NCBI GenBank assembly: GCA_951406725.2
Contig: OX597815.1
Span: 124,744,001-124,808,000, forward strand
Length of the DNA stretch: 64,000 nt
From: Octopus vulgaris
Lineage: Eukaryota
Reading direction: 5' to 3'
Shown here piece by piece: positions 41,150 through 55,100 of the stretch. The notes under the pieces are model-generated. The model saw only the letters and a program-made list of their open reading frames with translations. It had not been told where the DNA came from and searched no databases. The translations under genes and the position numbers were made by a program. The first letter of the stretch is position 1; each line of letters starts with the position of its first letter.

Positions 41150-42780
41150 CGCAGTTTCGAGTGCAGAAGGTTAGACAGGATTGGAAAATAGTATAATTTA
41201 CAGAAAACTATGCGTTGTTATAAATGGCAGCAAGTAGATAGATAATATATGAAAGGAAGAGAGTATGGTGTATAACAGAATCTTGAGGTACCTCACACTA
41301 TTCGTACTCTATCATCCAGACAATGCATTGTCAGAAATTCTCATTGATGGGAGATTAGTGATGAATGAGAGAGTAGAGTAGGGCTCTGGTGGAGTTATAC
41401 TTGCAGAAGTATTATCGGTTATCAATGTTGCTAAGGAGAACACAATATCTTGAAAAGGTGATAATGTTAATGGCTGTTTCTGTCACGCTTGAAAAGATAA
41501 ATGTAAAAGCCATACGTTGATGTTTCGCCGGGTAAGAGGGTTATCCTTTTTGGATACGTGGCATTTTGTACGATAATGAAACCAAATATTAAGATAGATC
41601 GCAATAAAGAAAAACTGAACAGTCTAGCAAGAAGAATAGCTACTTCTGGTGAGATATGTTTGAGGGTAATGTAAAGAGGCCAATTAATTGACTAAGTCAT
41701 AAGAGCATCGGCAGGATGCTTCACGGTGTTTATTTCGACTCGCTGCGTTCTAAGTTCAAATGGGGCTAACGTCGACTATGAATTTTGTTCTTTCAGAATC
41801 GATAAAAAACGTACTAACCCAGGGCAGTGGATTAATTGAACTGTAAGAGTGCCTGAAGGGAATCGTTGCGGTACCTGTTACGGTTTAGAAGTGAGGCGAG
41901 AAAAAAATGATTGGTGTGTCTGCGTATCAATCATGATAACAAGAATGTGACGATACTGATGCTGTTGCGGAAATAAATAACCTCTCTGTAGGAGGAAAGA
42001 CTGGGGAAGAGTTGTTGATGGCTGTAAGAGTTTGAAGAGCGTTAGAGAACCCAGAAGAATTTAGTGAATTAAAAATGGAAGAACGATTTATTGCATATTT
42101 ATTCTTAACACGACTAGGCAGGTTCAGACGCAAAAGATGCTGGTCACTGTAGTCAACGTCATAGGAGAATAACTTCTTTTACAACGACATTGTGTTCAAC
42201 ATACGCGGCTCATTGACGCATGGCAATTTAGGACACCAGTGTTTTGACATGTGTCTCATCAGTCAGAAACAGCCGAAACTCTGACTCTAAATGAAACCGC
42301 TGGTTTTGTATATACTTTCAGCGAACAAAGTGTTTGCTGATTGGCGTTTACATCTGCCAACCAATAAAAAGTTATTAACAATGTGTACGACAATATCTGG
42401 AACAAATATTTGCATAATTATTCTTAACATATCAAAGCAAGTTCAGACTAAGCTGGGAGAGAATGAGTTATATCAAGTGGATGGGTTTACAGTTGGTTAC
42501 TAGTTACGAGACAAGAGGCAAGGAGAGTGGATTCTAAATATTGCCAAGTGCCACATATTCAGAGATAAATCAGAATGTAAAGAATGGAGCCCGGACAGCA
42601 GATATAAGCTATAGGTAGTTGTCATGTGTATCTCAGAGAAAAGCAGGTTGTGTGCCTTATTTGTTAATATGAAAAGGTTAGTTGAGTCCAGATAGAAATG
42701 ATATCCATGAATACATTTAAATCAGAAGAAATCCTCAACGAGTTCTCTACATTGAGCCTTGTGGTTAGACAAGCTTTCAT
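41150..42780 (-). mobile_element. Heavily decayed APE-type LINE (CR1/L2/Jockey group), interrupted by a SINE A fragment at approx. 41700-41830
   Basis: Minus-strand EVPQDSVIHHTLFLSYI resembles RT GVPQGSVLSPTLFL.YI; APE-like remnants near 42550-42780. Confidence 0.6.
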
Positions 42781-43832
42781 ACAATTATTTGAAGGAAATA
42801 AGAAAAATAACATCTTAAATCACTTGTAAAAACGAAAATGTAGAACTACAGAAATTATACTGGATATTGAATGACAATATTTGGTTGAAATATCATATCA
42901 AACGAGGCTGCTGAAATCAGCTTCATTTCAAATATAGAGTGCAACATAATATAACAAACAACAATGCATTACCATGTTTATTGGTGTGTGAGTTAAAATA
43001 TAGTTTAAGATACATTACAGTTCATTGGAATAATCTACTTTCCTATTCCATATATGTATGCGATACGACATATAACGCTTGGTTGACTTTTTTGATATTT
43101 CTTTGGCATATGTAAAAATCCCCTCTTAAAACACTGTATATGATACGACAAAGACTACTTATAATTCCTCTATACTGGATAATAATAATTGCTGGTTTTT
43201 ATATATAAGTGAGTCGATATCAAACTGAAGAGAATGACTGCCGTGTTAATGTATTTTCCGTCTTTCAAACTCCACTAGGCCAGTTTAATTGTTTTTACTT
43301 TAGACTTGCCTATTATTTCTGCTTTAATCTGAATGATTTAGGAACTATTTTCAAAATCTGTTTCAGTAACAGTGTTCATAATAAACTAAATAATTACAGT
43401 CAGTGTTCTGGTGTTGAAAAAGCTGTAGCAACTAACCACATACCCACCCGATTGCTGATAGTTTGAAATAGCCAACAGAAAAAAAAAGAAAAAAGAAAGA
43501 AAGAAAGAAAGAAAAAAAAAAGCAATAGCGAGAAAAGTCGTCCAAAATATTACCATTTAGAAATTAGACATTGGATGTGATAGTTTCATAAATGGTCTTA
43601 AAAACTTAGCATCAAAGAGAACATTAACAAATAATAAGAAAAAACGATTCAATACACACACACACACACACAAACACACATATATATATATATATAAATA
43701 TATATATATATGTATGTATATATATATGTTTATATATAAGCAATGTATGTATGTTTATATACATACCTATACACACACACACATATATATATACATATAT
43801 ATATATATATACACATATATATATATACATAC

Positions 43833-43864
<32 letters not shown>

Positions 43865-43874
43865 CTGTGTGTGT

Positions 43875-44035
43875 ATTCTTATATTCTTTTGCCTGTTTTA
43901 GTCATTTGAAATGCCAAATCGACCCCAGAACTTATTCTATCGGTCTCTTTTGTCGATCCTCTAAGTTATGGGGACGTAAACACACCATCGGTCGTCAAGC
44001 GATGGTGGGGGCACGAACAGACACACAAACATATA

Positions 44036-44123
<88 letters not shown>

Positions 44124-44292
44124 TATACGACAAGCTTCTTTCAGTTTCGGTCTACCAAATCCACTCACAAAGCTTTGGTCGGCCCGCGGTTATAATAGAA
44201 GACACTTGCCCAAGGTACCACACAGTAGGACTGAACCCGGAACCATGTGGTTCGTAAGCAAGCTATTTGCCACACAGCCACTCCTACGCCTA
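43875..44292 (-). mobile_element. SINE family B, best-preserved copy, with internal (TA)n(TG)n tract
   Basis: ggcgtaggagtggctgtgtggc..ggttccgggttcagtcctactgtgtggtaccttgggcaagtgtcttc; tail 43875-44030. Confidence 0.88.
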
Positions 44293-44436
44293 TTATATGT
44301 GTATGCATATACATATGTGTGTATATATGTATATATATATGAATGTATACGCACACACAAAGACACTCACGCACACATACACACACACTTACACATTGTT
44401 CTTTCTGCGTGCACGTATGCAGAATGCAAAGATCTT

Positions 44437-44483
<47 letters not shown>

Positions 44484-45605
44484 TCAGCAACAGTGTTAGT
44501 ATCAGCAACAGTAGTAGCAGCAGCAGCAGCAGCAACAGCAGCAGTAGCAGCCGTTCAAGAATTTGGACCTGGATATCTCTATTTCCAGCGACTTCGAGGG
44601 CTCCCTCCCAGTGGTGACGGGCGTCAACGAAAAGCCCTCGACGACAACAAGACGACCAAAGTTTTTTTTTCCAAGGTCTGGGGTCTCCCGCCCCTAAGCC
44701 CTAGACCATCACCTAATCACCCTTACCCGTCTTCTTGCTTAACAACAACAACAGCAGCAGCAGCAGCCACAAAGATATGTTTAGAATGTTTAGAAATAGC
44801 TTGATCTTTTTTTCTCATTTACAAACGACATTTAAAGAACTAATAATAGATTTTATTCTCAGGATTAAATACTATCTACCACATGTGCAGAACAAACTTG
44901 GTCCTTTTTCCCTATAAATTTCGAGAAATAATAAAAATGTTTGTTCTTTAATTTTCTTCTTGAATTTCTTTTCTATTTCTTCTTCAATTTTACTTCTATT
45001 TCTTTTGTTTTCTTACTCTCTTCCTTATATTTTTTCTCTATTTCTCGACACTGTTCCATTTGTTTGTTTCTTTCTATTTTTCCCCGGCTAATTCTCCGGC
45101 TATTCCTTTCGGAATCATTATGTCTTTCTCAAGATATTGCTATCGTAGTAGGTTTGGTTGTTGAAATTCGAAGTATTTCACTTGCAGGAAAAAAAACCCT
45201 TTTGTAGCCAGAATCAGAAGACAATAAGAGTTTATAAACATAGCATCTCTTAATATAAAGAAATAAAATTACATGGCTGATAACTAATTAAAAGATAATT
45301 TTTAGAACATATGATACTGGCATATTTACCCTGTGGGAGGTGTCAGAAACTCTAGGATGCCAATGGAATGTCCCACTCTCTGTTTTTTTTTTTCTTTTAA
45401 TCTCAGTGGTCAATGAAATGAAATTAGAAACGCATTACGTACACACACGTATATATACATTTAGGTAGGCACGATTGCATACGTACATACATACATACTT
45501 GTATGCATGCATACATACATACATACATACATTCATACATACATACATACATACATACATACATACATACATACATACATACATACATACATACATACAT
45601 ACATA

Positions 45606-47449
45606 AAATTACATTCTGTTTCTTTGTGGATGACTTGAAACTATACGTAAAGAATATGCATGAGATCAAAAAGAGCCTTGACCTGGTTACAACATTCTCA
45701 AAGTATATATGGCTGGAGTTTGTTCAGGATAAATGTTGTTATATGGTTGTGAAAAGAGGGAAGTCTCTAAACCAGACCAGAAACATTTCCATCAATGATT
45801 TGGCTGTTTCCCCTACATCTGATGAAGTGTTGCAGGTATCTAGGGATGTCTGTCCTTGTTTGTCCTCTCTGTGTTTAGCCCCTTGTGGGTAGTAAAGAAA
45901 AAGGTATCTAGGGATGGATGAAAACGCATCTTACAATGGTACCTAAGAACTCTCTGCATTCAATAAAACAATGGCCCACAATGCGTTTGCAGTGCCACTA
46001 CACATACCGACATTTGGGCCGCTTGATTGGACGTTTGATGAGATCCGAGCCATCGATGAGAAAACCCGGAAGATACTAACCAACACATATAATTTCCACA
46101 TCAACAGTGACATAGAGCGTCTCTACCTAAAATGAAGCTTAGCATCAATCCAGACTGCCTTTGAATGTCGTAAACATCTTTTAACCACCAAGTATCGAAG
46201 TGCATCTGCTGACCAAGTCCGCATACATGAGGCTGATAACATCATAAGACTTGGAAAATAACTCCTTGAGCAGCATTCCTTGTCTAATAACCTTAAATGC
46301 ATGTCCTAAGAAGTTGCATGACTCCACCGTAACGTATCACCAGATGAAAAGATGAGCGTATATCAGCAGCAGACCAGGCATGGATATGTTAGTAGAAAAC
46401 TCTGGGATGATGATGATCATCAAAGTAATCTATCATAAACCAACAACCGGATTACTAATCACCGCTTTGAAGGGTATGCGTTTGCAATCCAGAAATATCA
46501 GTCTAATACCTGATGTACAAAAGGAGCAGAGGCGCATGAAAATCAGCAAAATGTTTTAAGTGATGCAGACTTTGTGGAGTTAACACCGAATATATCACCT
46601 GTATCTTAAGCAGTTATCCGAAAATACAATCACGGTATAATCTACCGATGAGACATGATATTGTAGCTAGGACACTGTATAACGAGATCTCTCAGCTGTA
46701 TAACCCAGAGAACAAAGAAATAAGAACTCACATTAACTACTCATAATAAAAATGGGTACTGATGGAATGTTCCAGTAAAAAACACAATAAACTGTAAAAA
46801 TAATAGATCTGACATTGTGATTTGGGATAGAGAAGAGAAACTGCCCAGCGGATGTTGACCTAAAGCTAAGGATCAGCGAAAAAGAAAATATTTACGTTGA
46901 ACTGAACTATTGAGAAATCTACAGATTACAAGTTCAAGTTTACAACTGTAATTATTGGGGGTCCTGGGATATGTAACACACTGCCTAAATCTTGAGAAAT
47001 TAAGCTTCTCAGAACCAGAAAGGAGAAAGCTGATTCGAAGACTGCAGATCCAATCCATCACAGGAATTGTAAAAATCTTTAAAACTTTCCAGAAGTTTTT
47101 TTCATTTAAGTATATATGAGCATGTTTAGATATGCAACTACATGCATAAGAATGCATACATAAAGTAAAACATACAAATCTGTACATTCACATACATACA
47201 TACAAATCTGTACATACACATACACACATACATACATACATAAATACATAAATACATACATACATACATACATACATACACACATACACACATACACACA
47301 TACATACATACATACATACATACATACATACATACATACAAAAATACCGTGTTGAGGTTGTTGGAATTCCAATGAAGAAACCTTGGATCTAGGTTAGAGA
47401 CCGGCTCTTTCTCTATTGACAAGAATCTTGAAATAAATCTGAAAAATGA
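45606..47449 (+). mobile_element. 5'-truncated R4/Dong-clade (RLE) non-LTR retrotransposon, decayed
   Basis: RT motif FFVDDLKLY..KCCY..RYLG; zinc-knuckle remnant CRLCG..E.I..I.S..P; RHDIVA; RLE motif NRSDIVIWDREEK; 3'UTR; (CATA)n on both flanks. Confidence 0.9.
45849..45901 (+). mobile_element. 53-bp SINE A tail inserted into the LINE with a 15-bp TSD
   Basis: aggtatctagggatg at 45834-45848 and 45902-45916. Confidence 0.9.
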
Positions 47450-47582
47450 CATACATACATACATTCACAAATATATAATTCAGGATATGTAAACTTGCGT
47501 ACGTTAAATAAATTCCAAAATATCCCGATTTTCATATTTTATGATTTTGCATTTTACAATTTTACAATAGTTGTGTTTGCAA

Positions 47583-47628
<46 letters not shown>

Positions 47629-47687
47629 CACCTTTATATAAATATGTAACTGTTTATGTATGATATATATATATATATACAATAATG

Positions 47688-47975
47688 GGCTCACCCGTCG
47701 TTAGATGACGTATAAGCTTTCGACAATTTTTTATCGAACAACACAAATGATTTGTTTATAGTGATGAAATATCTGTGTAGATATACGCTCACTTCTTCCA
47801 TTAAATCGACATTACCTGTACAGGTGCAACGGGTGCCACATGTCAGATGTCGAAATGGTCGTAGAGTGACGCGAAATGAAGTGCTTTGTTCAAGAACACA
47901 ACGCAAGGCCCGGTCTGGGAATCGAACCCACGATCTCTTAATCGTGAGTGCAATACCCTAACCACTGAGCCATGC
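47688..47975 (-). mobile_element. tRNA-derived SINE
   Basis: A box tggctcagtgg and B box gggttcgattcc, followed by a non-tRNA body. Confidence 0.85.
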
Positions 47976-47989
47976 GAGTGAGTGGAGAA

Positions 47990-48780
47990 ACGAAAGAAGT
48001 GCATTCAACACATTTATCGGGTACTATATGTATGGATCAAAACAGTTTGATTCAAATTCATTGGTACTCCGAGTTTCAAGCGTGATGCTAGTCTTCAGCC
48101 ATTTTGAATTTGAATGAAAGAAGTTGTTATTACCGTAAATTGGTTGAGGAAGGTCACGTGATGTCGTGGTTTGATGTTGATATATCAATATATCAGCAAC
48201 AACAGTTAGTTGGAAAATACTGCAGGAAATCAACCGCGTGGTGGAAGGAAACCAGTCGGGTTGTTGGAAGGGAAGTTTGGAAGGGACGATATGTGCAAGT
48301 ATATGGTTGTATATGGTTTTGCGTGCATGTCTGTATTGATGCGAGCGTGCGCGTCTGTATATGTGCACGCTCGCGCATGCCCCCACATATATGGGCGGAC
48401 ATGCGCGCGCACACACACATATGCATACACATGCATATGCATGCACACACACATACACGCATATTAATTTATATGTACATATGTGTATGTGCACGCATGC
48501 ATGAGTATACATGCGTATAACAAGCGTTGGGGATTGGTAAGCGCTGGAAATCTTTAATTGGCGGCCCTGCTCATGGGGTTGGTTGGTGACGGTGACCTTG
48601 GTGCAGGCAGTGTAGAGTAACAATTGGTACTAAGCTGGTATATCCGTGTTGTTAGTAGACAGAGACTTGAAATTTGCCAGAAGCGCATACGTCTGGTGAC
48701 AGCAATAAGATAAATCGGATTTCTTCTTGATGGATACTGCGTGTTGTTTGAGGATATGCAGTTTTTTCGCGGAGGCAATG
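47990..48780 (-). mobile_element. Penelope-like element 3' relic: GIY-YIG endonuclease C-terminus, 3'UTR and hammerhead-bearing pLTR
   Basis: CLREK/LHILKQHAVSIKKKSDLSYCCHQTYALLANFK (one frameshift) resembles the PLE CL.EK..I...LNK.SE...CRH...LL motif; hammerhead downstream on the same strand. Confidence 0.7.
48051..48114 (-). ncRNA. Type I hammerhead ribozyme with extended stem I
   Basis: Minus strand: ttcaaattca-aaa-tgg-CTGAAGA-ct-agc(atcac)gct-t-GAAA-ctcggag-TA-cca-a-tgaatttgaa. Confidence 0.75.
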
Positions 48781-49061
48781 TGTATATATATATATATATA
48801 TATGCATTTCGGCAATATACCTACACGTGTCACGTTGGCGATTTCTTCTCCATATTTGGACTTTTCCCTTTCTCCTTTCCGACGAAGAGTTATGCTCCAA
48901 ACGTTAAACTCTCTCCTTTTACCGAGCGTCAAGCTGATATGCATCTTGTACAAGTCTTCAAGTTCGCTGTTTTCTCTTCTTTTCTTCGTTTATTATCTAT
49001 TTATTTGATTTGTTTGTTTATTTGAATTGACTTCATATAAATATTTGCATACATGCATACA

Positions 49062-49514
<453 letters not shown>

Positions 49515-49824
49515 ATTTAAGCTTATATAAACTACAACAAAATAAAACTATATCAGTTAATTGTATGCATCCCACCTCACTGAAATCTGCTATTTGTGGA
49601 ATCTAAGCACTGAAATTATTCACCTTTCATGATCCATTCGACACTCAATTACTCACGAATTTTGACATTTATTAAGGAAACAACAAAACCGATTAACATT
49701 AACCCCACAACCTAATTATTTGTTAGTTAACAGCCTTCAGTGTATTGTAACATACCAAAGGAGTTACAGTGGCTTTCGGCTTTCGGTTCAAATATAATAA
49801 GTTTAGACATTACTACTAGAAGAT

Positions 49825-49999
49825 TGTTATGTCGCACGTTCGGATGCCTCTACTACTCAACTTCGACTCTCTACTGCTACTCTCCTCTCCTGACGTCTAG
49901 GCTTCTCCCTGAATATCTACGTAGTGGGCTAGTCTACTACATCGTCTGGGGGCGTCCACACGACAAAGATATAACGCTAATATCAAAAGTAACATAACA
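49825..49999. mobile_element. Short LTR/MITE-like fragment
   Basis: Perfect 8-bp inverted ends tgttatgt / acataaca. Confidence 0.3.
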
Positions 50000-50731
50000 T
50001 TATAAAGAATAAGACCTTTCAATGTGAGAGGGAATCAACCTTCTGTTTTCCCTTTCTTTACGAAAGGGATATTTGCACGACAGCCCCCACTCTAGCTTGT
50101 AATAACATTCGAGCTTCATGTACTTTTAATAGGGTAATTGTAATTAATGTCAGAATTTTCCCGGGATATGCAGCTTTATTTAATATCATATTAACTCGTT
50201 CAACTTTCTATCAGTTACATGAAATAAAGAACTTTTAATGTATTCAACTTCAAACATATAAAAGACTTTCTTATTTAATTTCATTATACTTATATGGTTT
50301 CAAAATTTTATACTGTTCAACCGTTCGATTTGTATCAAAGAAAAGAAAAAAAGTTTTATATAGGAGAGTCATAGCTAATACATCCAATTGAAATATAATT
50401 TTAATATGCTTCTGTCTGAGAATGTAGCAAGATCTTTGATGGTCTATAGCATCACAAATCGAAATAAATTGTTGAAGTGATAGACAACAAGTTTAGAGTT
50501 ATCCAACCAACACTGTGAAAGTGTTTGCAGACATATTATTACGGTTGGCTGTTAACACATAAGAGGTTGCTGAGTTTGCACGAGTTGTCGTAGAGGAGAT
50601 TATACGTGGGACAAGTAAAGTACTTGATTAGGTGGATAATGTTAGAGATAAAAGCGTCGCATCTAATTTGGTATAAATTGAAGGTTCTAGATTGGGAGAA
50701 AGAGTGAGAAGGGGAGGAGAGAGAGTGAGAG

Positions 50732-50765
<34 letters not shown>

Positions 50766-51901
50766 GCGAAAGAAAGGAAGAAAGTAAGAAAGATCTAATT
50801 TATTGGTTATGCATGATTATGTTGGATTTAAACGAAAACAGAGATGCTTCCTAATGTTTTATTCAAGCTATATTTTCTTGTTTACTCATTTTTCGATGAT
50901 GAGCCTATCCTAAAACATTAATCATTTTTTTTTTCTCGCAGCACTAAAATAATTTTGGTCAACAAGACACATGATACATAAATGTATAGAGAATTTCACC
51001 TAATTGTACACACTCTTTTTGTAATTGAATTAGCAAATATATTCATTGACTCAATAATCTAAGATATTTGTTTCAATATACATTCTGTAAATGTAATAAT
51101 GAGAATTACTGTGTTTGATTTTTTTACTCTCTCTCTCTCCCTCTTCTCATAAAAAATAGCCATTATTTTTTAGAATTTGGTTTTAATTTAATTTTCATAT
51201 CATTTATATGCTGGTAAGTTTTCGCTCAAAGAAAAAGTACCATTATGGGAGCAATTTTAAAACAAACCAGATTTTACATTATAATAAACGAAGCCATAAG
51301 CTGCAATGTAAATGTTAACAATTCAGACTATATATTCTCAAATTTCCATTTTCTTCCCATTGTTTTGTTACTGCGATACAGTCAAAATCATGTTCAAATT
51401 TGTAGCTTTATGTCCTTTCTTCGAATGACTCATTTCCTTAAGATCTCGTTAGAACTGATAATATTTTATCCCAGACATTGCAACCACCTTTATATTGTAC
51501 CACACCATTTGTGACACTTTTCTCACTTTCTCTATGACGTCGATAACTCAGTGCACAATGTTTATTTTATAAACACAAGGCTGCATGGTGTATTCATTTG
51601 AAGATTACATTATAATAAATAAACTTGATTTTAAATGTTCATTTTTTTTTTTTTAAATTAGATTTTTGTTTCTTTCTCTGATTGATCTTCTGGGTCTCAC
51701 TGCGATTTTCCAAGCGATAATCAACTTAAAGGCAAAAGAAAGCAACACTTAACCGAACCAAGAATCTCCCAGATTCCAACACTACCACTACTGCAGCAGT
51801 CTAGAAATCTTAATTACAAACTGCTTGCATATGTTAATACACATGCTTTGAAGGAATTTTTTAATATAATTAATAATTTTTAATTTAAGAAAATCTTTTT
51901 T

Positions 51902-51953
<52 letters not shown>

Positions 51954-52871
51954 CACACACACATATACATATTTGTGCGTATGTATGTATAAATAATTAA
52001 TTACACGCACATACACACACAAGCACAAATATATATGTATCTATACGTATGTGCACTCACACACATATATATATATTCACAATCATAGGCATATATGTAT
52101 GCATAAACTAACTCAGATACATACATTCCTTTAGACTTATATAATTATGTACTTAACATTTCTTATCAGAAGCAAACCAACACAAACTCCAGCTGAGACG
52201 TATGTACACTCTCGTCCTTAATGTCCATTCATTAATTCCTCGTCTGTTCATGTATACGATTGCAGACTCACAGTCGCGCACACGCATACACATGCACACA
52301 CACACACACGATCGTACACACATGAGGTGCCTTTGTAATGTATGTATTACAGTTCAATTTTACGCATTCTAATTAAGAATCCACATTATGAGTTTATGTT
52401 ACTTGTATTCAGAGATATAGCATAATGATTGGCACAAACTGATAATATTTAAGTAAGGGTCAAACCTCCAAGGAATCAGATTTTACTGCATGACTGTTAC
52501 TTATTTCAGACACACTGGAAATGAAAGACGAAGTCAGTCTCCACTGGATTTCAACTCAGAACGATGTGAAAAGAGCCGTAAATAGTTTTACTTTCGGTAC
52601 GATTACAAAAACACCCCACCCACATATATATATGTAAATGTCGAACGTGGAAAATGAGTGCTCAACACCGCAGACATATATCTATACATATATGCATACA
52701 TATATGCATACATGCGAGCGTATGCGCCTGTGGTTCTTATCGTTACATACTGTCTTAAAATAACACATTGGGCAATATAGACATACATTTCCCCCGAAAT
52801 TGGAATGTCATTTTTAATAGCTTTGCTACATTAGGTTCCATCAAAACTTGAACAACAAACGTATTCACACG

Positions 52872-53252
52872 TACAATGGCCCAGTGGTTAGGGCAGCCGA
52901 CTCGCGGTCGTAGGATCGCGGTTTCGATTCCCAGACCGGGCGTTGTGAGTGTTTATTGAGCGAAAATACCTAAAGCTCCACGAGGCTCCGGCAGGGGATG
53001 GTGGTGATCCCTGCTGTACTCTTTCACCACAACTTTCTCTCACTCTTACTTCCTGTTTCTGTTGTACCTGTATTTCAAAGGGCCGGCCTTGTCACTCTCT
53101 GTGTCACGCTGAATATCCCCGAGAACTACGTTAAGGGTACACGTGTCTGTGGAGTGCTCAGCCACTTACACGTTAATTTCACGAGCAGGCTGTTCCGTTG
53201 ATTCGGATCAACCGGAACCCTCATCGTCGTAACCGACGGAGTGCTTCCATCC
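52872..53252 (+). mobile_element. Well-preserved tRNA-derived SINE, family D
   Basis: A box tggcccagtgg, B box ggtttcgattcc, anticodon-like stem; tail shared with 31600-31901. Confidence 0.9.
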
Positions 53253-53612
53253 ATACTAACCAAAGCATTAGTCGCTTCGACACTTGACCAAGACGCCCTG
53301 CAATGGGATAGAGGTCGCACAGTTAAGCAAAGTTATGTGTATTAGTGTGAGCGCACAGTCCCTTCCCAGGAACAGCTTCGTACTCGTATGCGTACACAGG
53401 ATTTCAACAGCATTTTTGCATTCAGACTATATAATTTTACTTTCAAAAATTAAATACATTCAAAACATCACCAACAGCTGCAGTATACACCCAAACAACA
53501 CTCACATACGCGCACACTCTCGCACTCTCCTCCACACACACTTTCACTCTCTCTCTCTATCTTTTTCACTCTCTCACTATCCCTTTCTCACTCTCTCTCT
53601 ATATATATATAC

Positions 53613-53654
<42 letters not shown>

Positions 53655-54139
53655 ATTGTGTTAAATAATTATAATAATAATACTGATAGTTTCTTGCCAT
53701 TAAGACACGTTATGAAAACCTATCTAACCTCGTGTCTTTGTGGCAAGAAACTATTAATACCTCTTATCTTAATACAGTGTACATTATATAATATTTATCT
53801 CTCAGTGGATGGAGTGTTTCTTTTTGTTGATCTTACCTTAACGGAACAATAAACTATGTGTGTGTGTATGTAATATATACACGCACACACTTTCTCTGTC
53901 ATTTTCTCTCGCTTTCTCGCTTTCTCTCTCCCCCCTCTCTCTCATACAAATACATCCACACGACATCTTTTTGTATTATCTGTAATCATAAAGCAGAAGA
54001 CACCTTGCCACGGTCCCATACATACTAGGGATCGATCTTATTTAACAGTTATTATTGCTAATTGGTTGTTAATTTGTTGCAACACCATGAAAAATTTATG
54101 ATCAGTGGGAAAATAGTTTCAGAGGAGAAACCATAATAT

Positions 54140-54765
54140 CGGTAACGATTGTTGTGTTGTTGGCGATGCGGTTGATTGTTATTAATGGTAGAACTGTACA
54201 TAGTGTTAGTGGTGTTTGTGATGACGGTGATGTTGTTGGTGGTAGTTGTGTCAGTATCGTTTTTGACAGTATTGTTGGTGGTAGTGGTGATGTTGATGAT
54301 GATGTCTTGCCGGTGGTAGTTATATTAGTGGTGGCAGTCGTGGTGGTGGTGGTGGTGGTGGTGGTGGTGGTGGTGGTGGTATAGGTGGTGGTTGTCGTGT
54401 TAGATGGAGAAGTAGTGTTGGCAGTGGTAATGGTGTTTCTGGTGTTGCTGGTGGTAGCTGTGTTGGTATTGTTTTTGTTAGAAATGTTGGTGATAGTAGT
54501 GGTGTTAAAGGTGGTAGTCACTGTTGTTGTAATGTTCCTGGTGTTGTTGGTGATATTTGTATCGGTGTTGGTGTTGTTTTTTTGTGGTTAATGGCGATGT
54601 TATCGGTGGTTGTTATGGTGTTGATGGCGGTAGTAACGTTTGTGATGGTAGCACTATTGGTGATAGTTGGTGGAGATGGTATGGTATGAAAATTAGGGGC
54701 AATATTGTAGCTGTTTTTTGTAGCTGTGGGCATGGCAGCAGTGGTTTTATTGTGTTAGTAATAGC

Positions 54766-54817
<52 letters not shown>

Positions 54818-55100
54818 ATGATATTGCAAGTGACATTAACATTTGGGGTAGATTTGGAGTCGCAATTGTGGTGGTGGTAGTGATAGTGGTTGCATTTTGG
54901 TAGGGTAATGGTGGTGGAAGAGAAGGTGATAATGATGTTACTAGTGAACCTAAGTTTAGTGGTAGTGTTGGTGTTGTTATAGTGGTAGTGGAATGGTTGT
55001 ATGGTGATGATAGTGGTGGTGGGGAGGACTATCGTGGTGTGGCCTTCCATGTCACGATATGTATTGGTGGTTGTGGCGGTCGTGGTGTTAGTGACGGTGA
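54140..55100. repeat. ~1-kb degenerate (GGT/GTT/GTA)n low-complexity region
   Basis: Direct reading; source of the poly-V/poly-T ORFs. Confidence 0.85.

Noticed and set aside
52872-52945. tRNA-like sequences here and at approx. 47900-47975
   Set aside because: They have A/B boxes but no clear acceptor stem and continue into repeated SINE bodies; these are SINE heads, not tRNA genes
54102-55050. Mucin-like Thr-rich and poly-Val ORFs
   Set aside because: Degenerate trinucleotide low-complexity DNA open in several frames on both strands; no splice or domain support
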